From positions 1 to 64,000 of the forward strand of contig NW_013657677.1 of NCBI RefSeq assembly GCF_000142905.1: DNA of 64,000 nt. The letters run 5' to 3'. The stretch's first letter is position 1; the number at the start of each line of letters is the position of its first letter. The position numbers and the translations under genes were made by a program. The notes beneath the pieces were generated by a model. That model made no database searches and was not told the origin of the DNA. It saw only the letters and a program-made list of their open reading frames with translations. Source of the stretch: Thecamonas trahens ATCC 50062 (lineage: Eukaryota; Protista; Apusomonadida). Of the stretch, positions 42,901 through 53,041 are shown one piece after another.

Positions 42901-45900
42901 CCACCCTCTCCGTTCCGGAGAACGCCGGGCCGACCACCGTCCAGCTTCCGGCGTCCGACGTCGACGTCCCGGTCCAGGCCCTTATCGCCTCGCTCGAGTC
43001 GGCGCCGGCTCTCGGCAACCTGACCAACTTTGATCCGCTGGCTCGCACCGTCGACTTTACCCGACCCGCGACGTGTGGACCGACCCGGGTCTCACCGACT
43101 CGTTCACCTTTGCCGTCAACGACGGTCTTGCCAGCTCGGTCACCCTCGGTACTGTCACTATCACCATCGTCCCGCCGGCCAACCACGTTCCGATCGCCTA
43201 TGACGCTGCCTTTACCATTGCCGAAGACGGCGCTGTCCCGGCAGCCGCACGCCTCTCAGCCTCGGACCTTGACATCGACCGCTCACGCGCGAACTTTGCC
43301 CAGGTCCTCGCCTTTGAGGTCGTCACGCCCCGGAGCACGCCGAGCTCTTCCGTCTCGACGCCGATGGCGCCTTTGCCTACGCGCCCGAGGACAACTACAA
43401 CTCGGTCGACTCGTTCGCCTTCCGCGTCTTTGACGGCGTCGACTACTCGAACATCGCCACCGTCGTCATCACCATCACCCCGGTCAACGACGCCCCGGTC
43501 GCCGAGCCCGACGCAGTCGCCACTCCCGAGGACACCCCGCTCGTCGAGCAGTTTGTCGCTTCGGACGTTGAGGACGACCCGCTCACCTATGTCGTTGTCT
43601 CGCCGCCGGCCCACGGCTCTGTCGCCGTCGTCAACGGCTCGTTCTACCTCTACACCCGGCCGCAGACTACAACGGGCCGGACACCTTTGCCTTTGAGGTC
43701 CTCGACACTGCAGGCGCCGTCTCGGCCCCTGCCACCATCGACATCACCGTCTCGCCGGTCAACGACCCGCCGCTCGCCCACGACGTTGCCTTCTCCATTC
43801 CCGAGGACGCCGACTTTGACAATGTCCAGCTCCTCGGCTCGGACGTCGACGCTGGCGCCGTCCTCACCTACTTTGTGCTCACCACGCCCAACCACGGCTC
43901 CCTCGGTGAGCTCAATCGCGACACCGGTGTCGTCGGCTACAAGCCGGCCCGCGAGTACTTTGGATCGGACTCGTTCACCTTCCGTGTCTCGGACGGCGAG
44001 GCCTTCTCCGAGCCCGCCACCGTCACCATTACTGTCGTTCCGCCGGCCAACCACCGCCCAAGTCGGCTCCGGCCAACGCTACCACCCTCGAGGACACCCC
44101 GGTCACCCTCCAGCTCTTTGGCTACGACGTCGACGTCGGCCGCGTCGACCACGACGACGTTCTCACTTGGCACGTCGTGACGCAGCCGGCCCACGCCGCG
44201 AACCTCGCCCTTGACCCGGACACCGGCGTTCTCACCTACACCCCGGTCCTCAACTACAACGGGCCCGACTTCCTCGACTACGTCGTCAACGACAACTTTG
44301 ACCGCCTCGACAACGGCCAGGCCGCCACCGGTGCCCTCTCGCCCGTCGCTCGCGTCTACTTTGACGTTTCTCCCGTCAACGACGCCCCGGTCGCTCGTCC
44401 CTCGACGGAAACCATTCCCGAGGACTCGGTACTCTCCGCCGCCTTTGACGTCGCTGACGTCGAGTCAGGCCGTGCCGGTCTCGCCATCACCGTCACCAGC
44501 TCGCCCTCTGCTGGCGGCCTCGTCTCGGTCGAAGGTACCGGCTACACCTACACTCCGGCTCGCGACTTTAACGGCGCAGAGACATTCTCATTCACCGCCA
44601 CCGACCCGGAGGGTGCCGTCTCCAACGTGGCCACCGTCACCGTCACCGTCACCCCGGTCAACGACGCACCAGTCCCAGTCGACGACGCCTACTCGGTTGC
44701 AGAGTACAACCTCGAGGACGTGCTCAACTCGGCTCCGGCGCCGCGCCTCCGCATCGTCCTCAACTCGACCGATGTCGACGGCCCGCTCCCGGTCTACGCC
44801 CTTGCCTCGTCCGTCGCGCACGGCACCCTCTCCGAGTTTGTGCCGTCGACCGGCGCACTGGTCTACACCCGAACGTCGACTACTTTGGCCCCGACGCCTT
44901 CACCTTTACCGTCTCGGACACCAAGACCCAGTCGGTCATCGTCGGCACCATTGACATCACCGTCGTCCCGCCGGCCAACCACCGCCCGCGCGCCGCGCCG
45001 CGCTCGCTCGTCACCGCAGAGGACACTCCCATCGCCGGTGAGTTCCTCTTTGCCGCCGACCAGGACGCCGCCGACTCGCTCTCCTTTGTCGTCGTCTCCC
45101 AGGCTGCTCACGGCATCGCCGCAATCGATGGCTCCACCGGCGAGCTGACCTACACTCCGAACCCGCACTTCCACGGCGATGACGTCGTCGTCTACGCCGT
45201 CTCGGACGGTGCCCTCACCTCGCGCCTGGCCACCATCGCCATCGCAGTCACGCCCGTCAACGACGCCCCGACCTGCGCTGCCGCCGCCAACGCCACCGCT
45301 GAAGACACACCGCTCAATGACGTGCTTGTCACCAGCGACGTCGACGGTGACTGCGCTGTCGGCTCGGCCGCGCCGGTTCCGGACACCACCATCACCGTCA
45401 CCGCCATCGTCCGTGACTTTACCGACTCGCATCCCGACTTTGAGGCTGCCATCGGCACCGACCGCGGCATCGTCCAGTCGACCCTCGGCCCCGACCGCAA
45501 GCCAGTCTACCAGAACCTGCTGCCGACAACCCCGACTACCACCTCGGCTGCCTCGTTTGCTCAGTGGTTCAACGATGTCGATGGCGTCAACGTCGCCATC
45601 CCGGTCGACATCCCGCTCTCCAACGCAGGTGCCGCAGACCCGGCCGTCTTCTCCTACTGCTCGCCGGCCTTCTTCCCCATCGACGGCGCAGGCTTTGGCA
45701 ACGAGGGCCGCGCACACAACTTCCACTACACCCTCGAGCTCCACCTCGAGTTTACCTACGTCGACTCGCTCGCCACCGTCTTCACCTTTAACGGTGACGA
45801 CGACCTGTGGGTCTTTGTCAACGGTGAGCTCGTCGTCGACCTCGGCGGCGTCCATGGCGCCCAGACCGGCTCGTTCGATCTTGCCACCGTCGCCGCCGAC

Positions 45901-48900
45901 CTCGGCATGGCTCCGGGCGGCACCTACCCGATCGACATCTTCTTTGCCGAGCGCCACACCACCCAGTCGCGCTTCTGTATCGAGCGCATGTTTGCCGCCG
46001 CCCCGTGCGTCCGCGCCCTCACTCTCGTCGACCCGCCGTCGCACGGCGCCGTCCAGATCGTCGGCTCGTCGTACACCTACGTGCCCGACCCCGACTACAA
46101 CGGCCCCGACTTCTTCACCTACACCGCGACAGACGGCTCGCTCTCCTGCAACAGGACCCGTGTCGACATCGAGGTGACCCCGGTCAACGACGCCCCGGTC
46201 GCCGCGCCCTGCGCCTTTGCCGTCCTCGAGAACTCGGTCAACAACCCAGTCTCGGTCTCGGGCACCGACATCGACGGCGACTCTCTCGCCTTTAGTGTCA
46301 CCCTCGACACCGCCCACGGCTCGCTCGCCATCGACGCCTCGGGCGCCGGCGTCTACACCCCGCACGTCGACTACTTTGGTGACGACGCCTTTACCTTTGT
46401 CGCCTCGGACGGCGCCCTCAACTCGGCCCCGGTCACCTGCGCCATCACCGTCGTTGCCCCTGACAACCACATCCCGCGCACCGCGCCCGAGGCCCTCACC
46501 ATGGCCGAGGACACCGTCCTCACCGCACAGCTCGTCGGCACCGACCAGGACATCGACCCTGGTCGCGTCGGCTACGCTCAGGTCCTCTCGTTCTCGCTTG
46601 TCGAGAGCCCGGCCTTTGGCGCCGCCATCCTCGATCCGGCCACCGGCATTCTCACCTACACCCCGGCCCTCAACTACAACGGGCCCGACGCCCTTGTGTA
46701 CATTGTCAACGACGGCCTCGACAACTCACTCCCGTCGCTCGTCAACATTACCGTCTCTCCGGTCAACGATGTCCCGCTCGCCCTGCCCGAGACCCACACC
46801 CTTCTCGAGGACTCGGCCCTGATCCTCGCTGACCTCCTCGGCACCGACGTCGAGTCGGACCCGCTGGCCCTCGCCTACACCCTGGTGAGCCAGCCGGCCT
46901 CCGCGACTACACCCGTCGTTGTCTCGAGCGTCAACAAGTTTACCTACTCGCCGCTCGCCAACTTTAACGGCGTCGACTCGATGACCTTTACCGTCACCGA
47001 CCCGACGGCGCGGTCTCGTCCGAGGCCGTCGTCGCCTTTGTCGTCCTCGCCGTCAACGACGCGCCTGTGGCCCACCCGGGTGCCTTTGCCACCGACGAGG
47101 TCTCTGCCGAAGCGCCCAACGTGCCGCCGACGCCGTTCACCCTTGTCGGCACCGACATCGACTCGCCGGCCCTCACCTACCGCATCGTCACGCCGCCGGC
47201 CATGGGCGTCATCGTCTCACTTGACGCCGCCACCGGCGAGGGCCTGTTCATGCCCAACGTTGACGTGTGGGGCAACGACACCTTTACCTTTGAGGTCTCG
47301 GACGGCGAGCTCGTCTCGGTCCCGGCAACCATCACCGTCTCGATCATTCCGCCGGACAACCACATCCCGCGCGTCAAGCCGTTTGCCTTTGCCACGCCCG
47401 AGGACACCGCCTTTGGCACCGTTCTTAACGGCACAGACCTCGACGCCGACGCGCTTGAGTTCTTTGTCGTCTCTGGTCCGGCACACGGCACCGTCTTTGT
47501 CGACGCCGCCACCGGCGGCCTCGCCTACACCCCGGCCGCAAACTACAACGGGCCGGACGCTCTGCAGTACCGCGCCTACGACGGCAAGGACTTTTCGCTC
47601 TCCAAGGACGTGGCCATCACCGTGATTCCGGTCAACGACGCGCCGACCGCGCTCTCGTTTGCCCTCACCACGGCCGAAGACACCCCGATCGACGCCCTCC
47701 TCCGCGGCGCCGACATCGAGGGCTCGCCGCTGACCTTTACCCACTCGCCGGCGGGCGCCGCTCCGGGCTCGGCCTTTGCCGCCTCGGGCGACGTTGTCAC
47801 CTACACGCCGCCGGCCAACTTTAACGGCGTCACCTCGTTCACCTACACCGCCAACGACGGCGAGCTGACCTCGGCCCCGGCCACCGTCACCGTCACCGTC
47901 ACGCCCGTCAACGACGCGCCGGTCGCCAACGACGTCGCCGCCGCCGCCACCGAGCACAACGCGCTCGGTGCCGCCCCGGCGCCTGTGCCTATCGTCCTCG
48001 ACGCTTCCGACATTGACGGCGACGCGCTGACCTACGAGCTCAACACGCCGCTGGTCGTCGTCTCATCGCCGGCCCCGGCTCCGATCGCCACCTCGCCGGG
48101 CACGCTCTCGGCCTTCAACCCGGCTACAGGAACCGTCAGCTACGCGCCGGCCGTCGACTTCTGGGGCGTCGTCTCGTTCACCTACGTCGTCACCGACGGC
48201 GCGGCCTACTCGAACGTTGCCACCGTGACCATCACCGTCGCCCCGGTTCCGCATCCGCCGCGCGGCGCAGACGCCGCCTTTACCATGGATGAGGACTCGA
48301 CCCTTATCCGCGTCCTTGTCGGCACCGACCAGGACGCCGGCTCGACCCTCACCTTTGCCATCGAGTCCCCTCCGTCCAACGCTGCTGCTTTCTCACTTGA
48401 CGCGGCCACCGGCACGCTCTCGTACACGCCAGCCGCAAACTACAACGGCGCCGACTCGCTGACGTACTCGGTCTCTGACGCCACCCTCACCTCGGCCCAC
48501 CACACCGTGTCCATCACCATCACCCCGGTCAACGACGCGCCCGTCGCTGTCTCCGCAGTCGAGATCACCCCCGAGGACACCCTGCTCTCGGCGTCGTCGC
48601 TCTGCAGCGACGTCGACAACACCGCGGCCGAGCTGACCTTTACAGTCATCTCGCCTGCTGCCCATGGCACCGTCTCGACCTACACCGGCGCCTCCTACAC
48701 CTACTCGCCGGCGACCAACTACAACGGAACCGACGCGTTCACCTTTGTGTGCTCGGACGGCAGCCTCGACTCGAACGTCGCCACCACGGCCATCACCGTG
48801 AGCCCGGTCAACGACGTCCCGGTCGCCCTCCCGTGCACCTTTACCATCGACGAGAACGACCCGCCGACCGTCTTTGCCCTCTCGGCAACCGACGTAGAGG

Positions 48901-51616
48901 ACGCGTTCCTCACCTACTCGCTCGGCGCCGTCGCGAGCCCGTCCAAGGGCTCGGTCGCGGTCGCGGACCCGCTGGCCGGCACCGTCATGTACGCTGTCAA
49001 CAGCTGGGTGTGGGGCAACGACACGTTCTCGTTTGTGGCTACCGACTCGTTCGGCGCCGTCTCCAACGAGGTCGTCTGTACCGTCATCATCGTCCCGCCG
49101 GCGAACCACATCCCGTGGTCGCGCAACGACACCTTTACCGTTGCCGAGGACACCTCGGCCGACTTCTCGCTCTACGGCTTTGACCTCGATGTCGACGACG
49201 TGCTCACCTGGTCGCTTGTCGATGTCAACGGCGAGCTGTACACCTCCACGAGTCCGTTTGCAGGCCCGGTCCTCGGCCTCGAGGGCGAGGACTCCGAGGG
49301 CGCGCCGCTCGACGGCGCCGAGTCGGAGGCCGGCGCCGCCGAGCGCGCGCTGGGCGACTTTACCCTCGACCCGGACACAGGCATCCTCACCTTCCAGGCC
49401 CCGGATCACTTCCACGGCACCGTCCACCTGTTCTACCTCGTCGACGACGGGCTCGCCTCGTCGGTCGTCTCGCGTATCACCATCGTGGTCACGTCAGTCC
49501 TCGACTCGCCGGTCGCCCACGCCGCCTTTATCACCACTCCCGAGGATACCCCGGTCTCGTCGGTTGTCTCGGGCTTTGACCCGGACACCCTGCTGGACGG
49601 CGACGTGCTAACCTTTACCCTCTCGACAGGCGTTACCGTTTCGGGCGCCTCGCTCACCTTTGACGGCGTCTCGGGTGCGTACACGTACACGCCAGCGCCC
49701 GACTACGTCGGCGGCGACTCGTTTGCCTTTTACGTCGACGACGGCACGGTGACCCCGCCGTCGTCGCCGCGGACGGTCTCCATTACCGTGACGCCGGTCA
49801 ACGACCCGCCGGTGGTGGCCTCGGCCAACTTTACCACCGCCGAGGACGCCGCCTTTGGCGCCACCTACACGGTCACCGACATCGACTCACCGCTGGGCGC
49901 GCTCTCGTGCGCGGTCAACACCCTTGTGCCCTCGCTCGGCAGCGTCGTCTCGACAGGCACCTCGTTCACCTACACGCCGTTTGCCAACGTTGTCGGCGAC
50001 GACGTCTTCCGCTTTGTCTGCACCGACGGCGCCCTGACCTCGAACACCGGCACCATCCGCATCGAGATCACGCCCGTCAACGACCCGCCCACCGCCCTCC
50101 CGTCGGCCTTTGCCGTCAACGAGAACGACGGTCCGGTGCCGTTTACGCTCCTCGGTGCCGACATTGACGTCACCAACCCGCAGGCCCTCGCCGACGAGCT
50201 CCGCTTCGAGCTCACCTCGCTGCCGACCTCGGGTGTCCTCACCCTCCACACCGGCGAGGCTGCCCTCACCGGCGTCCAGTACTCCACGGGCGCCTTCCGC
50301 TACCAGCCAAATGTCGACGTGTGGGGCGCCGACTCGTTTGACTTCCGCGTCTATGACTCGGAGGACGCTGTCTCGCTCTCGTCGGCCCAGGTCAACGTCA
50401 CCATTGTGCCGCCGGACAACCACATCCCGCGCGCCGCCGATGCCGCCGTCTCGGTCGCCGAGTCGGCCACAGTCCTCATCCCGCTTGTCGGAACCGACCA
50501 GGATGTCGCCGACATCCTCACCTTTGCTGTCGTCTCCACGCCGGCGCTCACCGTCGACTACGCGCTCAACGCCACCACTGGCGTCTTCCGCTACACGGCC
50601 TCGAGCACAAACGGCGTCGACACCTTTACATACGTGGTGAGCGACGGTACCGCGGTCTCGGCCGAGGCCACCGTCACCGTCACCATCACCTCGGCCAACG
50701 ATCCGCCGTCCGTCGCCGACATCGCCGTCTCGGTCGCCGAGGAGGCCACCGTCTCGTCTGTCCTCTCGTACTCGGACCCGGACACCGGCGACGTCGTCAC
50801 GCTGCGACTCAACTCCAACCCGGCCTATGCCGCCGCCTTCTCGTTCGACCCGGCCACCAACGTGTTTGAGTACACGCCGGTCGCCGACTTTAACGGCGTT
50901 GACTCGTTCACCTACATCGCCAATGACGGCACCGTCGACTCGAACGTCGGAACCGTGACCATCTCGGTGACTCCGGTCAACGACGTGCCCATCGCCTTCT
51001 CGGCCTCGTACGAGACCCCGTTCTCCACCGCCATCGCCTTTAACCTTAACGGTACCGACGTCGAAACCGACTGGGCCAACCTGGTCTTTGCCGTCACCTC
51101 CCTCCCCTCGCGCCGCGAGGGCACCCTCACCGGCGGCGCCATCGACAACTTCCTCGGCGTGCCGGGCATCACCGACCTTCACTTTCAGCCGTCGTCGCGG
51201 TTCTCGGGCGAGCTCACCCAGCCCATCGAGTTCACCGTGACCGACGAGGCTGGCGCTGTCTCTTCCGTCGGCGTCATCCAGATCAACGTCGCCGCCCCCG
51301 ACCGCACAGTCATTGGCGGCCTCACCACCGGCGTGACCACTCCGGCCGGCGACGAGGGCTCCCCATCTGGCCCTTCATCGTCGCCGCCGTCACCGTCCTC
51401 ATCGTCATCCCGCTCGCCTTCTTCCTCTACAAGTGGTGCCATCCGGCCAAGCTCAACATGCTCTTCACCGAGGACGAGCTGGACGAGGGCACCTTTATCG
51501 AGAAGTCCGTCCTCTTCAAGAACAAGTACGAGCGCGTCATCAACCCCATGCATCGCTTCGAAGGAGGCGAGGCTGCGGGCATGGACGACGACGCCGCAGG
51601 CATGGGTGGCTCGTAA
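912..51616 (+). CDS. Giant type I transmembrane adhesin/receptor, about 16,906 aa after repairing 16 single-base frameshifts
   Basis: ATG at 912 opens the signal peptide [28 protein letters not shown]. ORFs 807/3335/5500/13824/15677/16411/19473/36628/42198/43073/43875/44177/45322/47067 plus three short unlisted frame segments join with domain motifs running through every junction. Junction runs: 3137-3141, 5108-5111, 13801-13804, 15662-15665, 16407-16409, 19333-19335, 36099-36101, 36488-36491, 42053-42054, 43060-43062, 43328-43331, 43655-43657, 44057-44059, 44868-44870, 47001-47003, 51361-51364. (50705+16)/3=16907 codons, ending at TAA 51614-51616. Confidence 0.88.
1130..1635 (+). other. DUF4114-like beta-sandwich domain of the kind found in bacterial surface proteins
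   Basis: Motifs [31 protein letters not shown] and [19 protein letters not shown]. The last matches the GFED...DxDYNDL signature recalled for DUF4114. Confidence 0.7.
1668..1860 (+). other. Two EGF-like domains
   Basis: [28 protein letters not shown] and [25 protein letters not shown]. Confidence 0.8.
2121..2585 (+). other. PA14 domain 1 (Ca2+/glycan-binding type)
   Basis: [32 protein letters not shown]...[21 protein letters not shown]...VAWTGPG, including the PA14 DD motif. Confidence 0.85.
2628..2930 (+). other. Three EGF-like repeats
   Basis: CSGHGSC...[12 protein letters not shown]; [23 protein letters not shown]; [24 protein letters not shown]. Confidence 0.8.
2964..3440 (+). other. 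PA14 domain 2, spanning frameshift 1
   Basis: Repaired reading [32 protein letters not shown]...[28 protein letters not shown] aligns by eye with PA14 domain 1. Confidence 0.8.
3475..4140 (+). other. Integrin-beta-like Cys-rich EGF repeats, a [13 protein letters not shown] motif and a PSI domain
   Basis: [25 protein letters not shown], then further CxCG-xxx-CxxGY/FxGxDCxC units, [14 protein letters not shown], and PSI-like [25 protein letters not shown]. Confidence 0.7.
4529..5178 (+). other. Fibro-slime (PA14-related, Dictyostelium psi-factor-like) domain 1, inserted inside a cadherin-like domain
   Basis: HPDFE...FFDMWFND...FFPIDG...[16 protein letters not shown]...[23 protein letters not shown]...FFCERH (last motif after repairing frameshift 2). 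Confidence 0.85.
7600..7659 (+). repeat. Perfect 18-bp tandem repeat (AAGGCCTCCAAGGGCTCC, 3.3 copies) encoding (KASKGS)n
   Basis: Read directly from the sequence. Confidence 0.9.
36742..37398 (+). other. Fibro-slime domain 2 (inserted)
   Basis: [11 protein letters not shown]...FDQWYND...[25 protein letters not shown]...[23 protein letters not shown]...FFAERHT. Confidence 0.88.
45352..46008 (+). other. Fibro-slime domain 3 (inserted)
   Basis: [11 protein letters not shown]...FAQWFND...[25 protein letters not shown]...[23 protein letters not shown]...FFAERHT. Confidence 0.88.
51365..51616 (+). other. Transmembrane helix (51365-51430) and 61-aa cytoplasmic tail of the giant protein
   Basis: In the frame after the C4 run at 51361-51364: [83 protein letters not shown]. 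Confidence 0.88.
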
Positions 51617-51941
51617 CCGCCACTCACCGCCGTCACTACAACCCCCCTCTCGCTGCAGCCGGCCTCGTCGGCTGCCGCAACCCCTCTCAAGCCCTGATCG
51701 CCAGCGCACAGTGCAAGGCCCTAGCTCCCCTCTCCGGGGACTCGTGGGCATCCTGTGGACTGTCTGGCCCAGGCAGGAATGCAACTTGCCCTCTCTTTCA
51801 TCTGATCCAATGAACACACCGCATGTCCCAACCACACCCCCCTCTCTCTCTCACTTGCCCCTCTCCCCCTGCTGCACCTCCCTGCTTCCCCACTCTTGTC
51901 ACTTGTCGTTCCCCCTTCCCCTCCTCCCCCTCCCTCCCAAC

Positions 51942-53026
51942 ATGGACGACTCACTGCGGGCATCACTCCTAGGCTCTTCAGGTGTGGGTCTCACCTCCCC
52001 TCTGCGCTCCTCCTACCGCATCTCCTCTACACCCCGTGCCGCCATTGATGTAAGTGAATGAGTATGACTTGGGGGGGGGAGGGGGGGGAGAGGCTGGTGG
52101 GTGGCCGTTGAGTCGTCGGACTGCGGGAGAGGGGCCATGCGAGGGGGACAGAGGGAGGGGGGGGGGGGGATGGAAGCGATGGGAGGGCGGAATGGGGGGA
52201 TGCGGCGGTGGCAGGGCTTGTGGACTCATTATTGGTGGGATTGGTGCGGATTGGCTGGCGGACGGGCTGGTTGGTGGTTTGGTGGCCTGGTGGGGGTGAT
52301 CGATCACGATGGGGATGGCTGCAGGCGCAACGAGTTAACGAGTACAAGAACGAAAACGCGGCGCTGCGGGCTCAGGTGATGCTGCTAGAGGCGCAAGCGT
52401 CCGAGGCGATGGACACGGCGAGGTTGAACAAGCACACGCAGATGATCTCTGCCCTCTGCACCCGGCTCAAGGCGTACAAGGAGGCGAACGATCGGCTGTC
52501 GGCGCGGGCCCAGCAGGACGCCGCAGACGCAGAGGCTGCCCAGGCCGCATGCATCGTGCTGCAAGAGCAGGTCCGCGACGCCGACGACCGTGCCCGCAAG
52601 GCCGAGGATCGCGCCGCTGCTGCAGAGGCCCGCGCTCTCGCCGCAGGCGCTGACGCCGCAGACGCCCGTGAGGCCGCGACTGCCGCCACCCGTCGCGCCG
52701 TCCGCGCAGACGCCCGCGTCGATGAGCTCGAGGATGCCCTGCGCAAGGCAAGCAAGCGCGGTGACGCAGAGGCCAACGACGCCACGGCCGCCAAGGAGGC
52801 CGTCATTCGCCTCCAGGCCGAGGTCGCCGAGCTCCAGGCCGAGGTTGCCGCAAAGACGCAGGAGTTTGAGGCGCTTGCCTCGGCCTCGGCCGACCACGAG
52901 TCCACCATCGCCACCCTCTTTGCCGCCAACACGGCCAACAAGAAAAAGGCCGAGGCCCTCACCGCCGAGCTCGACGCCTACCGCACCGAGTTTGATACCA
53001 TCATGACCACGCTTGGCCAGCTGTAA
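51942..53026 (+). CDS. Coiled-coil protein of unknown function, about 269 aa; join(51942..52049,52325..53026)
   Basis: Exon 1 reads MDDSLRASLLG...RAAID, followed by a GTAAGT donor at 52050 and a TGCAG acceptor ending at 52324. The phase-0 join continues into AQRVNEYKNENAALRAQ, an Ala/Glu/Lys-rich heptad sequence. Confidence 0.75.
52050..52324 (+). other. Spliceosomal intron (275 nt), very G-rich
   Basis: GTAAGT...GCAG, frame-preserving, with many G runs. Confidence 0.75.
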
Positions 53027-53041
53027 TACACACGCTTGCCC

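Larger units (their letters stand above)
4147..51300 (+). repeat. Tandem array of about 146 cadherin-like/bacterial Ig ('tandem-95', Big_9/Cadherin_5-like) domains in about 48 three-domain super-repeats
   Basis: Units of about 95 aa: PVND.P...ED/EN...DxD.D.LTF...P..G...FTYTP...xG.D.FTY.V.DG. A PPxNHxPR linker recurs about every 860-880 bp (e.g. 20988, 21861, 22719, 23586). Units are clearly diverged from each other. Confidence 0.9.

Noticed and set aside
3203-51182. Many long minus-strand and alternate-frame ORFs over the giant gene (e.g. 16249-19236, 11392-13689, 20253-22094)
   Set aside because: Shadow ORFs caused by high GC and biased codons, which leave few stops in other frames. The translations are V/G/R/D- or S/T/R/P-rich with no recognisable motifs.
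4147-51300. CRISPR array, satellite or assembly-duplicated repeat
   Set aside because: The periodicity is at the protein level. Units are strongly diverged in DNA, and there is no constant repeat-plus-spacer structure.
3137-51364. Introns as the explanation for the frame changes
   Set aside because: No sequence needs removing. Motifs are contiguous once one base is added, and no GT-AG pair is required.
807-52061. Treating the 14 large + strand ORFs as a cluster of separate adhesin genes
   Set aside because: Only the first has a signal peptide and only the repaired end has a TM helix. The breaks fall mid-domain, and each ORF ends in out-of-frame junk.
51365-52061. C-terminal extension of ORF 47067 ([10 protein letters not shown]...AAIDVSE)
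   Set aside because: Out-of-frame read-through past frameshift 16, across the spacer and into exon 1 of the next gene.
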